Below are positions 17,096 to 26,215 of a DNA stretch of 40,921 nucleotides, piece by piece. This stretch comes from a virus. The notes beneath the pieces are model-generated. The model searched no databases. It was not told the origin of the DNA and saw only the letters and a list, made by a program, of their open reading frames with translations. Position 1 is the first letter of the stretch, and each line of letters opens with the position of its first letter. The position numbers were made by a program, and so were the translations under genes. The DNA lies in UHGV virus genome UHGV-0093931; one strand, written 5' to 3'.

Positions 17096-17616
17096 ACAGA
17101 AGCCTCGTTATTGTTGGGATGGCAGCAATCATCTTCATCGCGGTGCTCTGTGTACTACTGGCGCGCAGCAATGCAGCGTTGACCACGTCAGAGAGTGACA
17201 ACCGGATACTGCGCAACGATAACGCACTGCAGGCAACGGTGATAACTACCCAGGCGTTCAACTTCAACCGGTTTAACCAGGTAGCGGAGAACGCCAGTCG
17301 CCTGAACTCGCTGATTGATGCCGGAACCGAAAAGACCGTTATCGAATACCGGGAGATTCTTCGCCGTGAAAAAACCTGTGATCTGCCTGTTCCTGCTAAT
17401 GTCGCTGGTGGGCTGCTCAACTACGCGAACCGTTTACGTGCCAGCGCAATGCACCCCGATACCGGGGACACTGACGCAGCCGATGATAGTACCGCTGCCG
17501 CCAGCTCAATAACCTATTGTCAGGCCGTTCTCTGGATTCAATCATTACTTGCAGAGATAGAGAAGGGTAACAACCAACTGGCAGGGATTAGGGATATTGA
17601 GGAAGGGAGACATTAG
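17092..17616 (+). CDS. Rz-like i-spanin
   Basis: GTG at 17092 overlaps the endolysin stop; N-terminal TMD (SLVIVGMAAIIFIAVLCVLLA) then a long periplasmic region; contains an embedded +1-frame lipoprotein ORF. Confidence 0.7.
   Translation: MNRSLVIVGMAAIIFIAVLCVLLARSNAALTTSESDNRILRNDNALQATVITTQAFNFNRFNQVAENASRLNSLIDAGTEKTVIEYREILRREKTCDLPVPANVAGGLLNYANRLRASAMHPDTGDTDAADDSTAAASSITYCQAVLWIQSLLAEIEKGNNQLAGIRDIEEGRH
17366..17512 (+). CDS. Rz1-like o-spanin (lipoprotein embedded in Rz)
   Basis: GTG at 17366 with GGAG about 10 nt upstream; signal peptide plus lipobox (...LLMSLVGC...) and proline-rich mature part (PIPGTLTQPMIVPLPPAQ), entirely inside Rz in another frame. Confidence 0.6.
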   Translation: MKKPVICLFLLMSLVGCSTTRTVYVPAQCTPIPGTLTQPMIVPLPPAQ

Positions 17617-17652
17617 AAATAGGGCCACTTAAAGGTAGCCCAAACGATTCGA

Positions 17653-17910
17653 TTAAGATTTAGAAAGTAGGGCTACAACTCTTTTATGTAACTCTTCTGC
17701 ATAACCTTCATTTACTGGGTTTTCAAACTCCACAGGCGGCGCTGATTTAAAAGCTTTATCGTAGCTATCGCCAAGCATACCAGGCTGTTTGGCAAGGGAG
17801 TTCCAAGCTGTGGATATCGTGGTAATAGCAATTCTTGCTGCATGCTGATCTAAAAGTAGCTCTTCAATAGTTTTTTCGAGTTCATCAATGCGTTTCTGCA
17901 GATCTGTCAT
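17653..17910 (-). CDS. hypothetical small protein, divergent from the glycosyltransferase cluster
   Basis: 85-aa ORF on the opposite strand to all flanking late genes, in an AT-rich island (about 17620-18020). Confidence 0.45.
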   Translation of the reverse strand: MTDLQKRIDELEKTIEELLLDQHAARIAITTISTAWNSLAKQPGMLGDSYDKAFKSAPPVEFENPVNEGYAEELHKRVVALLSKS

Positions 17911-18018
17911 GAAATTACCTCTAAAGGGTTGTGTAAATGAGCTGCGATTATATCATTTTGGTGTCAGCAAAAGTGATGTCCAGATAGGAGTCCTGAACCA
18001 TTTTATTTTGGAGAAATT

Positions 18019-19476
18019 ATGCAGGTCACTATCGATGGTGTTCCATACGCGCCTGTCTGCAATTCGGTGTCACGCATAGGAATAGCAATCACAACGCATA
18101 ATCGCCCTGACGTATTGAAGCGGACACTGGCGCAGCATCATCAATTTTTACCGTCCGGCGCGCTCGTGGTTGTCATAGATGATGGTTCAAAACCTGCCGC
18201 AGTCGTTCCCGACGGCGTGCAGCTGCTTCGCAATGAAACATCCCTCGGCATTGTGGCCTCGAAAAACCGAAGCCTCGAAGCGCTGGTGGACGCCGGATGT
18301 GAGCATCTCTTCCTGTGGGATGATGACGCATGGCCGGTTGCCGATAACTGGCACCTGCCTTACATCGAATCACCTGAGTCACACCTGGCTTACCAGTTTC
18401 TCGATCTGGCTGGTCCACGAAAGATAAACGATATGACCGTCCTGCACCAGGATGATAAGCATATCGCTTACACCGGGCAGCGCGGTGTGATGCTGTACTA
18501 CCACCGCAGCGCCATTGAGAAGGTTGGCGGATTCGATCCGGTATACGGTCGAGGCATGTATGAGCATCCTGATTTGGCGCTTCGGATTTATAACGCTGGC
18601 TTAACGTCCTGGGCGTTTGCTGATGTGGTTGGCTCTGAAAAGCTGATTCACTCAATGGATGAATACGAAGAGGGCGCGCGCAGCATACCGAGGCCTGAAC
18701 GTGAAGCGCTCTATAAAAAGAACGCTGTAATTTACGGGCAGCGCCGGGATTCAGGATATACAGGCTATGCCGAATATCGATCTCAGCGCGACGTGGTAAT
18801 CACAACGTTGCTTACCAGCCAGCCAGACCCGCAGCGCGGTACGAAAATGGCGGCCGTATCAGACATGCTGACCAGGTGGGCTGCCTCGCTTCGGAATTGT
18901 GGCCGTATTGCGCTGGTGGATGAGCTGCAGACGGCATCGGCAGACGTTGAGTTGTATCGCGTCCCTGACGTGAAGATGAATGTCTACTTCCGGCGCTGGC
19001 TGCATATCTGGCAGCACCTGCGCGATCACCCTGAATACCGGTTCGTCTGGTGTACCGATGGTACCGATGTCGAAATGCTCCGCGCACCGTGGGAAGAAAT
19101 GCAGCCCGGGAATGTTTACGTCGGTTCTGAACCGAAGATCTACGCCGACACCTGGGCGAAACAGAATCATCCTGAGCGTATCTATCAGGAATTCATTGAA
19201 GCGCACCGCGGCGATGTGATGCTTAATGCTGGTCTTCTGGGAGGCACCCGCGCTGATGTGATGGCGTTCGCTCATGGCATCATCCGTCTTTACTACCGGA
19301 TCGAGAGTTATCGTTTCTGGAAGAAAGAACAGGCTGGCGCAGCGGTGGGTGACATGCTGGCGTTCGGTATCGTTGCGCAGTCATTCGCTGACAGGTTGGT
19401 CACCGGCCCTCTGGTACATACCGTTTTCAAAACTGATGGTATCGGTAAGGAGGCAGCATGGTGGAAACACAAGTGA
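18019..19476 (+). CDS. two-domain glycosyltransferase (GT2-like GT-A domain plus a second nucleotide-sugar-transferase-like domain)
   Basis: 485 aa; N-terminus ...IGIAITTHNRPDVLKRTL...VVVIDDGS...LFLWDDDAW... is a GT-A/GT2 signature with DxD; C-terminal half has ...VWCTDGTDVEM...NAGLLGG... resembling another GT-A-type domain; no predicted TM segments. Confidence 0.7.
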   Translation: MQVTIDGVPYAPVCNSVSRIGIAITTHNRPDVLKRTLAQHHQFLPSGALVVVIDDGSKPAAVVPDGVQLLRNETSLGIVASKNRSLEALVDAGCEHLFLWDDDAWPVADNWHLPYIESPESHLAYQFLDLAGPRKINDMTVLHQDDKHIAYTGQRGVMLYYHRSAIEKVGGFDPVYGRGMYEHPDLALRIYNAGLTSWAFADVVGSEKLIHSMDEYEEGARSIPRPEREALYKKNAVIYGQRRDSGYTGYAEYRSQRDVVITTLLTSQPDPQRGTKMAAVSDMLTRWAASLRNCGRIALVDELQTASADVELYRVPDVKMNVYFRRWLHIWQHLRDHPEYRFVWCTDGTDVEMLRAPWEEMQPGNVYVGSEPKIYADTWAKQNHPERIYQEFIEAHRGDVMLNAGLLGGTRADVMAFAHGIIRLYYRIESYRFWKKEQAGAAVGDMLAFGIVAQSFADRLVTGPLVHTVFKTDGIGKEAAWWKHK

Positions 19477-20048
19477 AGTTTGTTGTGGTTGGCCATCATT
19501 CCCGTTACGCCTCAGCTGCATTGCTGGCTGGTGAACTTGGCGCGCACCTTCTTATCGATGAAGGGAATCACGGGGCTAACTGGAATCACCGGCGCGCTAT
19601 CGAATGGGCTGCTGAGCAGCCTTGCCGGGTGGTGGTACTGGAAGACGACGCGCTGCCTGTACGTGGATTCAGAGACAAGCTTACGGGCTGGCTGGCTCGT
19701 TTCCCTGGCGACATGCTTAGTTTTTATCTGGGCACCGGGCGGCCACCGCAATACCAAATGCAGATAGCTGAACGCCTGATTAATGCGGATAAGGTGAGGT
19801 CTGACTTCATTATGCTGCAACGCCTGATACATGGCGTGTGCTACAGCATACCGCCTCAAAGCATCAGCCGTGTGCTGTCTCAATGGGACGGCAGTAAGCC
19901 TGCCGATTATGCCGTGGGCGATGCTTATGGTGGCGTTGTCGTCTATCCCTGTTGGTCGCTGGTGGACCACGCAGACGGCGAACCGGTTGAGCGTCACCCT
20001 GACTCAGCACCACGAACAGAACGCCGCCGGGCGTGGAGGTTAGCCTGA
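19458..20048 (+). CDS. glycosyltransferase family 25-like protein
   Basis: 196 aa; ...FVVVGHHSRYAS...LIDEGNHG...RVVVLEDDALP... matches the GT25 (LPS/LOS glycosyltransferase) motif order as recalled; strong AAGGAGG RBS; start overlaps the upstream gene. Confidence 0.55.
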   Translation: MVETQVKFVVVGHHSRYASAALLAGELGAHLLIDEGNHGANWNHRRAIEWAAEQPCRVVVLEDDALPVRGFRDKLTGWLARFPGDMLSFYLGTGRPPQYQMQIAERLINADKVRSDFIMLQRLIHGVCYSIPPQSISRVLSQWDGSKPADYAVGDAYGGVVVYPCWSLVDHADGEPVERHPDSAPRTERRRAWRLA

Positions 20049-20398
20049 TGCCTGCGTTAATACCGAGAGCATGCCGCAAGCGTGGCTGCTCTGGCACAAC
20101 CACTGAACGCTCAGGCTATTGTCCCAAGCACCTTAACGAAGGCTGGCAGCAGCATCAGCGAGGACAGAGCAGGCATCAGCGAGGTTATGGCAGCAAGTGG
20201 GACAGGCTGCGGCCAATCGTTCTCGACAGGGATAAACACCTTTGTCAGGAATGCCTGCGAAATGGAAGGTATACACCCGCTGAGACGGTGGACCACATCA
20301 CCGCCAAAGCAAATGGGGGGACCGATGACCTTTCCAACCTCGAAAGCCTCTGCAAGCCTTGCCACAGGGCGAAGACAGCAGTTGAAAGACTCAAATGA
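20048..20398 (+). CDS. HNH endonuclease (terminase-associated)
   Basis: Cys-rich ...CRKRGC...CPKH... and ...CQEC...DHI...CKPCH... HNH motif; directly upstream of the terminase small subunit. Confidence 0.85.
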   Translation: MPALIPRACRKRGCSGTTTERSGYCPKHLNEGWQQHQRGQSRHQRGYGSKWDRLRPIVLDRDKHLCQECLRNGRYTPAETVDHITAKANGGTDDLSNLESLCKPCHRAKTAVERLK

Positions 20399-20419
20399 CA
20401 TCAATTCTCATTTGAATCG

Positions 20420-20510
20420 ACCGAGGGGGAGGGCGGGTTGAAAGTTCAGGAACGACGCGCCAAAGGACCGCCGCCTAACCTCTTTTCACATCGCCGCAGG
20501 TTAGAAAACT
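20420..20510. other. candidate cos / terminase recognition region
   Basis: GC-rich tracts (GAGGGGGAGGGCGGG; GGACCGCCGCCTAACC, whose reverse complement resembles the lambda cohesive-end core GGGCGGCG) and inverted repeat CTAACC...GGTTAG between HNH and terS. Confidence 0.3.
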
Positions 20511-20555
20511 TTTTTATGGGGTCCCCCACTCGATGATTAATAGGAGTTTTCGATT

Positions 20556-21053
20556 ATGTCTGGACCACCGAAAACCCCGACCCATCTACGTTTGGTGAGG
20601 GGTAACCCATCAAAACGCCCGATTAATGAAAACGAACCAAAGCCAGCTGCAGGGGTACCCCCAACGCCGAAGCATTTCGACAAGCAGGGAAAATACTGGT
20701 TCAAGCGTATGGCTGAAGAGCTCGATGCGCTTGGCGTCATGTCGCAGCTGGACGCGAGAGCGCTTGAGATTTTGGTTGAGGTTTACACCGAGTACCGGCA
20801 TCACTGCGATACTCTGGAGAGAGAAGGCTATACCTACGCCGTATATAGCGACGAAGAACCAGACGAAGGCAAAGAGCGAGAGATTCGCATGATCAAGGCT
20901 CACCCGGCGGCCATCATGAAAGCTGATGCCTGGAAACGTCTTCGCGCCATGCTCGGAGAGTTCGGTATGACGCCAGCCAGCCGCTCTAAAGTGAATGCAA
21001 AAGGTCCTGATGCGGTTGACCCGCTGACCGAGTTTATGAAAGCGAGGGATTAA
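20556..21053 (+). CDS. terminase small subunit (P27-family type)
   Basis: 165-aa ORF with TAGGAG RBS, immediately upstream of and overlapping the large terminase. Confidence 0.8.
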   Translation: MSGPPKTPTHLRLVRGNPSKRPINENEPKPAAGVPPTPKHFDKQGKYWFKRMAEELDALGVMSQLDARALEILVEVYTEYRHHCDTLEREGYTYAVYSDEEPDEGKEREIRMIKAHPAAIMKADAWKRLRAMLGEFGMTPASRSKVNAKGPDAVDPLTEFMKARD

Positions 21054-22789
21054 TGGCTAAGGTTGCAGAAGGCATCCGCTACGCCGAGAGGGTGGTGGCG
21101 GGGGAAATTATTGCCTGTGAGTATGTGCGCCTTGCCTGTCAGCGTTTTCTTGACGATCTGGCCCACGGCGAAGAGCGCGGTATTTTCTTCAGTGAGCCGC
21201 GCGCGCAGCACATTCTGAATTTCTATAATTTTGTCCCTCACGTCAAAGGCGCGCTGGCAGGCCAGCCTATTGAGCTGATGGACTGGCATGTTTTCATCCT
21301 GATTAATATTTTTGGTTTTGTTATCCCGCTGGTTAACGAAGATACGGGGGAAAACGTCCTGCGTAACGACGGCAGCGGTCGACCGGTGATGGTTCGGCGT
21401 TTCCGTACAGCAGATGTTGAGGTGGCCCGTAAAAATGCCAAATCAACGCTTTGCTCCGGCGTAGGGCTGTATATGGCTGGTGCCGACGGCGAGGGAGGGG
21501 CGGAGGTTTATTCCGCTGCTACAACCCGTGACCAGGCGAGAATTGTTTTTGAAGACGCGAAAAATATGGTCAAGAAGGCGAAAGCCACTCTTGGGCGGAT
21601 CTTCGAATTCAACAAGCTCGCTATCTACCAGGAGCAAACGGCCTCCAAATTCGAGCCATTATCATCAGATGCAAACAACCTCGACGGCCTGAACATCCAC
21701 TGCGCCATCGTTGACGAGCTGCATGCTCATAAAACGCGTGACGTCTGGGACGTTCTGGAGACGGCCACCGGCGCGCGCCTGCAATCTCTGCTTTTCGGTA
21801 TCACCACCGCTGGTTTCAACAAAGAAGGTATCTGTTACGAATTGCGTGATTACGCCATCAAGGTCCTGCGCGGCCTGGTTAAAGACGATACGTTTTTTGC
21901 CATCATCTACACCTTAGATGAAGGTGACGATCCATTTGATGAAAAAGTCTGGCAGAAGGCCAATCCGGGGCTGGGTATCTGTAAGCGCTGGGATGACTTG
22001 CGGCGTCTGGCAAAAAAAGCGAAAGAGCAGGTTTCGGCCAGGATTAACTTTTTCACCAAGCACATGAATATCTGGGTTACGGCAGAGTCTGCCTGGATGG
22101 ACATGATGAAATGGGAGAAATGCGAGTTTATCGCCCCGCAGCACGAACTTAAAACCTATCCCTCCTGGGTGGGCGTTGACCTTTCAAACAAAATTGATAT
22201 CTGTGCGGCCGCTAAAGTCTGGCGCGCGCCAGGTGGCCACGTTCACGCGGATTTTAAATTCTGGCTTCCGGAAGGACGCCTTGAGAAATGTTCACGCCAG
22301 ATGGCAGAGCTCTATCGTAAGTGGGCTGAGCTGGACAAGCTGATCCTTACCGACGGGGATGTAATCGACCATGCTCAGATTAAGGAAGAGCTGCAGGTGT
22401 GGGTTGCTGGCGAGAATCTGAAAGAAATTGGCTTCGATCCCTGGAGTGCTACGCAGTTCAGCCTTGCGCTGGCAGAAGAAGGGTTGCCACTGGTGGAGGT
22501 GCCGCAGACGGTTCGCAATTTCTCTGAGGCGATGAAAGAGGTCGAAGCACTGGTATATGGTGGCCGCTTCCATCACAGCGATCACCCGGTAATGAACTGG
22601 ATGATGTCCAACGTAACCGTCAAACCTGACAGGAACGAGAATATTTTCCCGAACAAGTCCACACCAGAGGCCAAGATTGATGGCCCGGCGGCATTGTTCA
22701 CAGCAATGAGCCGCGTTCTGGTTAACGGTGGCAACGACCAGCAGGATCTTTCCGGATTCTTCAATAATCCCATCATGGTAGGTTTCTGA
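21053..22789 (+). CDS. terminase large subunit
   Basis: 578 aa; Walker A-like ...LCSGVGLYMAGADGEG... context and C-terminal nuclease-type acidic motifs; followed by the portal gene. Confidence 0.9.
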   Translation: MAKVAEGIRYAERVVAGEIIACEYVRLACQRFLDDLAHGEERGIFFSEPRAQHILNFYNFVPHVKGALAGQPIELMDWHVFILINIFGFVIPLVNEDTGENVLRNDGSGRPVMVRRFRTADVEVARKNAKSTLCSGVGLYMAGADGEGGAEVYSAATTRDQARIVFEDAKNMVKKAKATLGRIFEFNKLAIYQEQTASKFEPLSSDANNLDGLNIHCAIVDELHAHKTRDVWDVLETATGARLQSLLFGITTAGFNKEGICYELRDYAIKVLRGLVKDDTFFAIIYTLDEGDDPFDEKVWQKANPGLGICKRWDDLRRLAKKAKEQVSARINFFTKHMNIWVTAESAWMDMMKWEKCEFIAPQHELKTYPSWVGVDLSNKIDICAAAKVWRAPGGHVHADFKFWLPEGRLEKCSRQMAELYRKWAELDKLILTDGDVIDHAQIKEELQVWVAGENLKEIGFDPWSATQFSLALAEEGLPLVEVPQTVRNFSEAMKEVEALVYGGRFHHSDHPVMNWMMSNVTVKPDRNENIFPNKSTPEAKIDGPAALFTAMSRVLVNGGNDQQDLSGFFNNPIMVGF

Positions 22790-24093
22790 TGAAAAAAAAC
22801 AAACAGCCTGGCAGGGTGAAAAGCGCTCTGCTTAACTGGCTCGGTGTGCCTATCAGCCTCACTACCGGCTCGTTCTGGGAGGAATGGTTTGGTACCAGCA
22901 GCAGCGGAAAGGTGGTAACGGCCGATAAAGCCATTCAGCTATCGGCTGTGTGGGCATGCGTAAGGCTGTTAAGTGAGTCTATTTCAACCCTTCCGCTGAA
23001 AATATACATTCGACAGCCTGACGGTTCACGAAAAGCAGCAACCGATCACCCTGCCTATTCGATACTGTGCCGCCGTCCCAATTCAGAAATGACGCCATCA
23101 CGCTTTATGTTGATGGTGGTCGCCAGTATCTGCCTGCGCGGGAACGCCTTCATTGAGAAGAAATTCATCGCAAATCGCCTGGTTTCGCTGGTGCCTTTGC
23201 TGCCGCAGAACATGGTGGTTAAACGTCTCACTTCCGGGGCGCTGGAATACAAATACACTGAAAACGGTAGCGAGCGCGTCATTTCCGTCAAAAACATCAT
23301 GCACATTCGCGGGTTCGGTCTGGACGGTGTTTGCGGCATGATGCCGATGAAAACCGGACGGGATGTGATCGGTTCAGCAATGGCGGTTGAGGAGTCTGCT
23401 GCGAAGATATTTGAACAGGGGCTTCAGAGTTCAGGTTTTCTCTCCGCTGATAATGCGCTGAGTGACGAACAACGTGAAAGACTCCGTAGCTACATGGCTG
23501 CATTTACCGGTTCAAAAAACGCCGGGAAAATCATGGTACTTGAAGGCGGATTGAAGTATCAGGGCGTTACCATGAATCCGGAAGACGCCCAGATGCTGGA
23601 AAGCCGCTCTTTCAGTATTGAGGAAATCTGCCGCTGGTTTCGTGTACCTCCTTTCATGGTTGGCCACACCACGAAACAAAGCAGCTGGGCATCCAGCCTC
23701 GAGGGTATGAACCTGCAGTTCCTGACTCATACTCTTCGACCGCTGCTGGTGAATATTGAGCAGGAAATTGGCCGGTGCTTACTCGACAGCGATGACGAAG
23801 TGTTTGCAGAATTCTCTGTTGAAGGTCTACTGCGAGCCGATAGTGCCGGTCGCGCGGCATACTATACCAGCGCGCTTCAGAATGGCTGGATGTCCCGTAA
23901 TGACGTTCGTCGTCTTGAGAACATGCCGCCAATTGAAGGGGGAGATATTTACACCGTTCAGCTCAACCTGACGCAACTGAAAAATCTCGAAAGCAGCAAC
24001 CCTGCTGTTCAGGCCCTGGCCCTGCGAGAGCTGCATAACCACGTATTCCCCGATATTTCCTTTGAACAATCTCCGCTGAAACAGGCCGCTTAG
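22789..24093 (+). CDS. portal protein (HK97-family)
   Basis: 434-aa ORF between terminase and prohead protease; ATG overlaps the terL stop. Confidence 0.85.
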   Translation: MKKNKQPGRVKSALLNWLGVPISLTTGSFWEEWFGTSSSGKVVTADKAIQLSAVWACVRLLSESISTLPLKIYIRQPDGSRKAATDHPAYSILCRRPNSEMTPSRFMLMVVASICLRGNAFIEKKFIANRLVSLVPLLPQNMVVKRLTSGALEYKYTENGSERVISVKNIMHIRGFGLDGVCGMMPMKTGRDVIGSAMAVEESAAKIFEQGLQSSGFLSADNALSDEQRERLRSYMAAFTGSKNAGKIMVLEGGLKYQGVTMNPEDAQMLESRSFSIEEICRWFRVPPFMVGHTTKQSSWASSLEGMNLQFLTHTLRPLLVNIEQEIGRCLLDSDDEVFAEFSVEGLLRADSAGRAAYYTSALQNGWMSRNDVRRLENMPPIEGGDIYTVQLNLTQLKNLESSNPAVQALALRELHNHVFPDISFEQSPLKQAA

Positions 24094-24106
24094 GAGCACT
24101 TTCCTG

Positions 24107-24955
24107 ATGAGCAAAAAACAACTTCCGGTAGCACCGGCGGGTCGCCCCTGCGCGCGCGTTACCTGTGAAACATTACCGTCTGCACTGGACCGCTGGGACG
24201 GCGGGATCAAAGCGGCGGCCACCGACGATAACAGCATTTCTGTTTTTGATGTGATCGGACAGGACTATTGGGGCGAAGGGGTAACAGCTAAACGTATTGC
24301 CGGTGCGCTTCGGGCTATGAACGGCGCCGACGTCACGGTGAATATCAACTCACCGGGCGGCGATATGTTCGAAGGTCTGGCTATTTATAACCTGCTCCGC
24401 GAATACGAAGGCAGTGTAACGGTGAAGGTACTGGGCATTGCCGCCAGCGCCGCCTCGATAATTGCGATGGCCGGGGATGATATTCAGATTGGCCGGGGTG
24501 CCTTCCTGATGATCCACAACTGCTGGGTATACGCGATGGGAAACCGCCATGATTTTGCAGAACTGGCACAGTCACTGGAACCCTTCGATACCGCTATGGC
24601 TGACATCTACGCGGCGCGCTCCGGCCTTGATATGGCCGCCGTGCAGAAGCTGATGGACGCGGAAAGCTATATCGTTGGCAGTGATGCTGTGGCGAAGGGA
24701 CTGGCAGATAGCTTGCTTTCTGCTGATGCGGTCAGCGACGGCGACGAATCGCCTGCAGCCGCGCTTCGCAAACTTGATGCATTGCTGGCCAAGACCAACA
24801 CCCCGCGCTCTGAGCGCAGAAAACTTATTAAAGCCTTATCCGGTGGCATGCCTGGCGCTGTCACCACCCACGAAGGTACGCCGGGCGCTGCCGAAGATAT
24901 CAAACCTGAAACCATCAATTCACTTGAAAGCGCCCTGGCGGCGTTAGTCAAATAA
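24107..24955 (+). CDS. prohead protease (ClpP-like, S14)
   Basis: ...NINSPGGDMFEGLAIYN...GIAASAASIIAMAGD...MIHN... ClpP-like Ser/His region. Confidence 0.85.
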   Translation: MSKKQLPVAPAGRPCARVTCETLPSALDRWDGGIKAAATDDNSISVFDVIGQDYWGEGVTAKRIAGALRAMNGADVTVNINSPGGDMFEGLAIYNLLREYEGSVTVKVLGIAASAASIIAMAGDDIQIGRGAFLMIHNCWVYAMGNRHDFAELAQSLEPFDTAMADIYAARSGLDMAAVQKLMDAESYIVGSDAVAKGLADSLLSADAVSDGDESPAAALRKLDALLAKTNTPRSERRKLIKALSGGMPGAVTTHEGTPGAAEDIKPETINSLESALAALVK

Positions 24956-24964
24956 GGACCCTTT

Positions 24965-26176
24965 ATGTCTGAAGTAAACGATATTCTGAAAAAAGTCACC
25001 GCCAGCATTGAAGAGGCAACCGGCAAGTTCAACGCGAAAGCAGAAGAAGCAGTGAAGGAGGCGCAGAAGTCCGGCAAGCTTTCAGAAGAAACAAAGGCGG
25101 CCGTCGATAAAATGGCTTCTGAGTTCAACGCCCTGCGTGAGGCAGAAAAAACGTTGAAGGCAGCTATGGGAGAACTGGAGCAACATGTTGCCCAGATGCC
25201 GCTGGCAAACGCGAAGCATGTTGTGGAATCAATCGGCCAGCAGGTGATCTCTGCTGAAGCGCTGAAAACCTTTGCCTCCGGCGTGGAAGGTGGAAAACGT
25301 ATCAGTATCCCGGTTAAGGCGGCACTGACTTCTGCGGATGTGCTTGATGGTGTTGTCGAACCCCAGCGAATTCCTGGCATCGATACGGCACCAAAACAAC
25401 GCCTGTTCATTCGCGATCTGATTGCTCCTGGCCGCACTTCCTCCCCGGCTATTTTCTGGGTGCAGCAGACGGGTTTTACCAATAACGCGAAAGTGGTTCC
25501 TGAGAATACGCAGAAACCCTACAGCGACATTGAGTTTACGCCGAAAATCACTGGCGTCAGCACCATCGCTCACCTGTTCAAAGCCTCCAAGCAGATCCTG
25601 GATGATTTCGCACAGCTGCAGTCAACCGTTGATGCCGAAATGCGCTACGGACTGAAGTACGCGGAAGAGCAGGAAATTCTCTTCGGTGACGGCACCGGTG
25701 TGCATCTGCATGGCATCGTTCCTCAGGCGTCAGCGTTTAACCCGGCGTTTACTGTTGAACAGCAGAGCGGTATTGACGATCTGCGTCTGGCAATGCTGCA
25801 GGCACAGTTGGCGCGCTTCCCGGCATCCGGCCACGTTCTTCACTTCATTGACTGGGCACGGATCGAGCTGACGAAAGATAGCCTGGGCCGCTACATCCTG
25901 GCTAACCCTGCAGCGCTGACTGGTCCGACGCTGTGGGGCTTGCCGGTTGTTGCCACGGAAGCGGCAGCCTTCCAGGGTAAATTCCTGACTGGTGCTTTCA
26001 ACGCTGGCGCGCAAATCTTCGACCGCGAAGATGCGAACGTTGTTATCTCCACGGAGAACGCCGACGACTTCGAGAAAAACATGATCACCATCCGTTGCGA
26101 GGAACGTCTGGCGCTGGCCGTCAAACGCCCTGAAGCATTTGTATACGGTGCATTCCGCACTGGCGCTGGTAGCTGA
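24965..26176 (+). CDS. major capsid protein (HK97-fold)
   Basis: 403-aa ORF after the protease; coiled N-terminal delta-domain-like region, then a capsid-like body. Confidence 0.85.
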   Translation: MSEVNDILKKVTASIEEATGKFNAKAEEAVKEAQKSGKLSEETKAAVDKMASEFNALREAEKTLKAAMGELEQHVAQMPLANAKHVVESIGQQVISAEALKTFASGVEGGKRISIPVKAALTSADVLDGVVEPQRIPGIDTAPKQRLFIRDLIAPGRTSSPAIFWVQQTGFTNNAKVVPENTQKPYSDIEFTPKITGVSTIAHLFKASKQILDDFAQLQSTVDAEMRYGLKYAEEQEILFGDGTGVHLHGIVPQASAFNPAFTVEQQSGIDDLRLAMLQAQLARFPASGHVLHFIDWARIELTKDSLGRYILANPAALTGPTLWGLPVVATEAAAFQGKFLTGAFNAGAQIFDREDANVVISTENADDFEKNMITIRCEERLALAVKRPEAFVYGAFRTGAGS

Positions 26177-26215
26177 TGAAATAGCGGCCTTCGGGCCGCT
26201 ATTACAGGTGGGAAA

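Noticed and set aside
18019-20048. Interpretation of the glycosyltransferases as a classic gtrABC O-antigen glucosylation cassette
   Set aside because: No GtrA-like flippase or GtrC-like multi-TM transferase is present, the proteins appear soluble, and the cluster is in the late region rather than next to int/att.
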